From assembly GCA_050123335.1 (NCBI GenBank), contig JASFHH010000002.1, positions 9,519 to 73,518 on the forward strand: DNA of 64,000 nt. The letters run 5' to 3'. The translations under genes and the position numbers were made by a program. This stretch comes from Gammaproteobacteria bacterium. GTDB lineage: Bacteria > Pseudomonadota > Gammaproteobacteria > UBA12402. Positions 60,429 to 64,000 of this stretch are shown one piece after another (within the stretch, counting starts at the first letter, position 1; every line of letters starts with the position of its first letter). The notes below the pieces were generated by a model that saw nothing but the letters and a program-made list of their open reading frames with translations, had not been told where the DNA came from and made no database searches.

Positions 60429-61745
60429 ATGAAATTGGCAAAACTTAGGGACATCGCCGTAAGTGTTTTACTTATAATCCTTCCTATCAGCAGTTCTCTT
60501 TGCATTGATATGTATTTGCCTGCTTATTCGAGTATGGCAACAACCTTTGGAGTTGGTGAAGGAGAAATTAACTTGTCGATGAGTATTTACTTATTTGGGC
60601 TAGCTGTTGGGCAGTTGGTTTATGGGTCGTTGGCAGACAGATTTGGCAGAAAAATTGTATTGGTGTTGGGACTGTTATTATTTTCGATAGCAAGCTTTGC
60701 ATGTATTGTATCAGTCAATCTAGATATGTTTTTATGGTCGCGTTTATTTCAGGCATTAGGAGCTTGTAGTAGTATTGTGCTTTGTCGTACCATTGTTACC
60801 GATAGCTATCATCCAGAAAAGCGAACCACTATTTTGGCATTAATTTCAGCTGCGAATATTTTTTCTCCAGCTATAGCGCCTTTATTGGGTGGGGTGGTCA
60901 CTAGTCTCTTTAGTTGGCGATTTATTTTTGTGATTATAATGATTTTTGGGTTAATTATGTTTTTTGGTACAGTCTTTTTATTGCGCGAAACTTTAGTTGT
61001 CCCGGATCAAGAAGCGTTGAAGTTATTTAAAATTATTGCCAATTTAAAAAGTTTATTAGCAAATCGTATATATATTGGGTATGTGTTTTGTTTGGGCGCG
61101 CTGTATTCTTTGGTTTTTGTTTGGGTGACTTTTTCACCTACGATTTTAATCGATCATTTTGGGGTTAAATCTGATTATTTTGGATTGTATTTTTTAATGC
61201 CTGCTATAGGCAGTACTTTAGGTGCGATTTTTACCGCGCAATTTGGCCATAAGTTTCGTAAAAGAACGCTTATTCGGTTTGGACTATTTGCTATTTTTGT
61301 TGCAATTTGTGGTTTGAGCATTATTGAATATATGCATTGGGATCATTCGCCTTTTAGTGTTATGGTTTGTGTTATGTTAACCTTTTTTGCTACGGGTATG
61401 ACTGGTCCTTTGCTTACATCCAGCTCTTTAGCTCAATTTGTTAATATAGGTGGGTTTGCATCCGGAATGTTGGGTTTTGTGCAAATAATTTCTGGTTCCT
61501 CTATGGGGGCAATCACTAGCTTATTTTATGCTGATAGTGAGCATAAGCTACCAGTTTTAATGGCTGGTGCTTTGGGTGTTTCAATAATATGGTTTTTGTT
61601 TGCTACTTTTCACCGAAAAACCACTGCTATTGCATTAGTAAAGAGCCGAAAGATGCTGATGCTTTTTCCTGGGGCAAGAAAGTTGAATTTGCGTTTTTCT
61701 ATGTTGCAAAGAAAGAGAAAAAGTCAAGTAAAAAAGATTGAATAG
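60429..61745 (+). CDS. MFS transporter (Bcr/CflA subfamily)
   Basis: 12 TM helices; motif GRKIVLVLGL. The start is taken at the internal ATG (MKLAKL), because the upstream 30 codons overlap the ygiQ start region. Confidence 0.75.
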   Translation: MKLAKLRDIAVSVLLIILPISSSLCIDMYLPAYSSMATTFGVGEGEINLSMSIYLFGLAVGQLVYGSLADRFGRKIVLVLGLLLFSIASFACIVSVNLDMFLWSRLFQALGACSSIVLCRTIVTDSYHPEKRTTILALISAANIFSPAIAPLLGGVVTSLFSWRFIFVIIMIFGLIMFFGTVFLLRETLVVPDQEALKLFKIIANLKSLLANRIYIGYVFCLGALYSLVFVWVTFSPTILIDHFGVKSDYFGLYFLMPAIGSTLGAIFTAQFGHKFRKRTLIRFGLFAIFVAICGLSIIEYMHWDHSPFSVMVCVMLTFFATGMTGPLLTSSSLAQFVNIGGFASGMLGFVQIISGSSMGAITSLFYADSEHKLPVLMAGALGVSIIWFLFATFHRKTTAIALVKSRKMLMLFPGARKLNLRFSMLQRKRKSQVKKIE

Positions 61746-61864
61746 AGATTAAATTTTCTTTTTCTTTTATAGAAAATTGGGATATAAATTATATATCGGG
61801 CTTGATAATTTGCCCGGTTCAGGTGCCGCTATTGGCAAAAATCAATTTTTGGAGATTTTTAATT

Positions 61865-62155
61865 ATGATAAAGAAAGGTGTTTTGTTAACGGTTATGGTT
61901 GGTAGTCTTATGTTGGTTGGGAGTATGGCAAAAGCTATGCCTGCCAATTCTGTGTTTGCTGCAAATAACTATCAGGTTATTTTGGCTGCTGAAGACAATG
62001 GTACAGCACAAGATGATCAATCGGTTCCTACAGATGATCAGACTGGTACTCAAGATGATCAGAGTGTGACTTCAGATGATGGTCAGAATCAGGGAGATCA
62101 GCCTGCGGATCAAAATGATCAATCATCAGATGATACCAGTGGTGATGATTATTGA
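61865..62155 (+). CDS. secreted acidic repeat protein (signal peptide + Q/D-rich DDQ repeats)
   Basis: Signal peptide MIKKGVLLTVMVGSLMLVGSMAKA, then repeated DDQS/DDQT units. A GGAG RBS precedes the ATG. Confidence 0.4.
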   Translation: MIKKGVLLTVMVGSLMLVGSMAKAMPANSVFAANNYQVILAAEDNGTAQDDQSVPTDDQTGTQDDQSVTSDDGQNQGDQPADQNDQSSDDTSGDDY

Positions 62156-62219
62156 TAATTTTAGGTATATTTTTGTTAAAAATGGTCATATTTTATAAAT
62201 TTTATTTGGAGATATTGGT

Positions 62220-62408
62220 ATGAATTCTATTAAAAAATTATTGGTTTTGTTTTCAGTGTGTTGTTTTGTTTTTGTAGCATCTTGTGCAGAGAAGAAAGTC
62301 GCTCCACCACCTGCTAAAAAGTGTAAAACTGTGAGAACCGTTAAAAAGTCCAAGACCAGAAGAGTTAGAGCTTCAGCACATAAAAAAATTACCAAACAAA
62401 AAAGTTAA
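62220..62408 (+). CDS. small basic lipoprotein (62 aa)
   Basis: Lipobox FVASC, then a Lys/Arg-rich tail. Confidence 0.35.
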   Translation: MNSIKKLLVLFSVCCFVFVASCAEKKVAPPPAKKCKTVRTVKKSKTRRVRASAHKKITKQKS

Positions 62409-62444
62409 AAGTTAATTGAAAATATATGATATTTGGAGGCATTT

Positions 62445-62582
62445 ATGTCAGATGATGATATTTTTTCAAATATTGATGATGATTCTTTTGGGAATGTTGG
62501 TACGGACGACTATGAGGGTGGTGGTTATGATGATTATGAGGAGGATTTAAGAGGTCGTTATACTAATGACGATTGGGATTAG
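62445..62582 (+). CDS. small acidic protein (45 aa, Asp/Gly/Tyr-rich)
   Basis: ATG 7 nt downstream of GGAGG; ends at TAG just before a terminator hairpin. Not in the ORF track (<60 aa). Confidence 0.25.
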   Translation: MSDDDIFSNIDDDSFGNVGTDDYEGGGYDDYEEDLRGRYTNDDWD

Positions 62583-62620
62583 CAATCTAAATTTGATAAT
62601 GTAAAGTTATCATTATAATA

Positions 62621-62650
62621 CCCCAGCAGTTTTTAACTGCTGGGGTTTTT
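62621..62650. terminator. bidirectional rho-independent terminator between convergent genes
   Basis: CCCCAGCAGTT-TTT-AACTGCTGGGG hairpin followed by T5; the complementary strand has an A/T-rich tail. Confidence 0.65.
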
Positions 62651-62674
62651 GCAAGAGTGTTCGTCCGCAAAACA

Positions 62675-63940
62675 TCAGTTATTTTTATAAGAAAATAGAT
62701 TAAATTCTTCTTGCCCTTGGTTTTGCAATAATTTTTCCTTGAGTCTTTCTATTTCTATCTTTTGCTTTAAAATTTCAGATTGTAATTCGGAATTTTGCTG
62801 CTTAAGTTTTTGATGGTTTTCCTTAAGAGCAAATATTTTTTTTGTCAAATCATGAAGGTTTTTCGATTTTTCAAATTTATTGTCATTAAATATGCCGGTG
62901 ACCTCAGTTTTTAGCTGAATACATTTTTTGATTTCGGGTGAGGTTATATTTTTATATTCTTTTATGTTTAATTTGAAATCTCTAATTTGTTGCTTAATCA
63001 TTCCTACTTTTTGTTTTAATTTATCATAACCATGGTTTTTTAATTTTATTTCTTCTTCTTTTAATTTTATAATCTTCTTTTGATTTTCAATGATCTGATT
63101 GTTTTTGTTAATTTTTAATTCTTGATTAAAAAGAACAGATGAGTTTTTTTCAATGGTGTTTTTTACATACTGTTTTGCTCTTTGCATTTCTTTGTGCAAT
63201 TTATCCTTTATCTTGTTTAAATCACGTTGGTAAACATATGGTATTAAATCACCAAATCCAAAAAGCATCTTGCGTTGTTGATCGCTTAATGATTTAAGTT
63301 TTTTTGCGCGTTTTTTATAAAACATTATAATATAAGAAAAATATGATTTTGTATTTTTGCGGATATCATTAATTGTATAATCCGTGTCGAAATATTTTTT
63401 GTCTATCAGATATTTGATAACATTAGAGCATCCTTTCATGGTTAAAATCCATACCAAATCATTTCCCAAAAAATTCTTATTGTTAAAACTTTCATAAGAT
63501 TTATCTTTTAACAAAGAAATAATAAATTTTTCATCGTGATGATGTGCAGCACATTTTAAAATCCCCTGGTAAATTTTTTGATTCGAAATTTTATGCACTT
63601 GCAATAATCGTTTTATTATTTTTAGATCCTTATGTTTGATCATTATTTCAAATAAGAAATTTATGTTTTCTATATTAGTAATATTAATACCTTGATTAAT
63701 AATAAATTGTATATTCCTAAAATTTTCACCTTTCATTGCCAGCTTTAAATGTCTTTGCTTAAGACATAGTTGTTTTTGTTTGATATATGATAAAATGTTT
63801 TCAAATACTAATTCTTCCCCTTTAAGAAGTTTTTGCGAAAAAAGATTTTCTATTTCTTCTTTTTTTTGCTGCTTTATTTCGTTAATTTGCTGCTTAATAA
63901 GTCGCCAAGTCTCGTTTTTAATTTTTTTAAAAAATGACAT
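62675..63940 (-). CDS. hypothetical coiled-coil protein with N-terminal ankyrin-like repeats, effector-like
   Basis: Lys-rich 421 aa. ANK-like segments (ILKCAAHHHDEKFIISLLKDK). Long C-terminal heptad-like coiled coil. Confidence 0.45.
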   Translation of the reverse strand: MSFFKKIKNETWRLIKQQINEIKQQKKEEIENLFSQKLLKGEELVFENILSYIKQKQLCLKQRHLKLAMKGENFRNIQFIINQGINITNIENINFLFEIMIKHKDLKIIKRLLQVHKISNQKIYQGILKCAAHHHDEKFIISLLKDKSYESFNNKNFLGNDLVWILTMKGCSNVIKYLIDKKYFDTDYTINDIRKNTKSYFSYIIMFYKKRAKKLKSLSDQQRKMLFGFGDLIPYVYQRDLNKIKDKLHKEMQRAKQYVKNTIEKNSSVLFNQELKINKNNQIIENQKKIIKLKEEEIKLKNHGYDKLKQKVGMIKQQIRDFKLNIKEYKNITSPEIKKCIQLKTEVTGIFNDNKFEKSKNLHDLTKKIFALKENHQKLKQQNSELQSEILKQKIEIERLKEKLLQNQGQEEFNLFSYKNN

Positions 63941-64000
63941 ACAATTTCTCCGGTTGATTTTTTACCATTTGTAAAATTATGAGTTCAATTTATGCCAGAG

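Overview
This is a low-GC (~35%) gamma-proteobacterial window that looks Legionellales-like; the taxonomic call is inference from synteny and protein style only. It holds a conserved housekeeping backbone: priA, M3 oligopeptidase prlC, a gamma-carbonic-anhydrase-like gene, recA-recX-alaS, csrA, tRNA-Ser(GCT), tRNA-Arg(ACG), radical-SAM ygiQ, a beta-CASP RNase and a ZntB/CorA transporter. Around and between these sit clearly accessory blocks. (1) The alaS-csrA spacer (~690 bp) is GGA-motif rich and ends in an 87-nt near-perfect hairpin; it is a candidate Csr-titrating sRNA. (2) Downstream of the tRNAs lies a mosaic region (15.7-21.1 kb) with degenerate 3'-tRNA copies, two of which are split in the T-loop by a shared structured insert. 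It carries Bro-N antirepressor-like, DUF4143 ATPase, methyltransferase and GNAT cargo genes. (3) A complete pelABCDEFG exopolysaccharide operon is present, with an extra PelA-hydrolase-domain paralog and a PelB split into two translationally coupled ORFs. (4) The most notable element is a class II lanthipeptide (prochlorosin-like) RiPP locus: LanM, two NHLP-leader precursors with divergent Cys/Thr-rich cores, a C39-peptidase ABC exporter, a second large ABC transporter, a HlyD-like protein, a SagB-type dehydrogenase and an MFS pump. (5) Several very AT-rich, Lys/Asn-rich genes resemble effectors, including a 1724-aa ankyrin-repeat protein. All functional calls rest on motif recognition in the supplied translations; no database searches were run.
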